A DNA stretch of 64,000 nucleotides from Auanema rhodensis (lineage: Eukaryota > Animalia > Nematoda), in NCBI GenBank assembly GCA_964057225.1, contig OZ059894.1, forward strand, positions 7,626,001 through 7,690,000, written 5' to 3'. Numbering within the stretch: position 1 is the stretch's first letter; every line of letters begins with the position of its first letter. The notes under the pieces were generated by a model. That model made no database searches. It was not told the DNA's origin and saw nothing but the letters and a program-made list of their open reading frames with translations. The translations under genes were made by a program, and so were the position numbers. Positions 63,897 to 64,000 of this stretch are shown piece by piece.

Positions 63897-64000
63897 GTGT
63901 TAATTAGAAAACTTATCATATGATCATGAACTTTGTTCTTTTTTCTCCCTCCTGAATATTTAAATTGCAGTTAGTGTGCACGAAGTACCAAGAATACGTT

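Noticed and set aside
1-64000. tRNA, rRNA, SL RNA, known miRNA, transposon or endosymbiont-derived insertions
   Set aside because: None recognised by eye; this is not exclusion. tRNAscan-SE, Infernal/Rfam, RepeatMasker and BLAST against Wolbachia would be needed.

Overview
AT-rich eukaryotic genomic DNA (roughly 30% GC by eye) with TTTCAG splice acceptors and 45-65 nt introns, typical of a nematode; a filarial/clade III origin is plausible but is inference. Most ORFs in the supplied track are low-complexity noise. The window holds (1) a minus-strand gene I assembled by hand as 21 exons from 41518 to 19730, about 1069 aa, with every junction in phase. It encodes a Q/N-rich disordered N-terminus, the YTPPPILSPxRxGSGLF motif, ELM2-SANT and one C2H2 zinc finger, i.e. 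a SAEG-1 / TRERF1-MIDEAS-ZNF541 family HDAC co-repressor scaffold. (2) The 5' part of a second, unidentified minus-strand gene runs off the left edge and appears to have several alternative first exons. (3) About 22 kb upstream has no convincing coding gene but carries repeated CRE and E-box composites. Most notable: an exon encoding an 8x (P/T)(E/D)FK array (7 back-to-back SUMO consensus sites), seven RKxS PKG/PKA-type sites, a GC-AG intron, and a triple TTACGGTA element at the stop codon. I found no prokaryotic features, CRISPR arrays, RNA genes or recognisable transposons.
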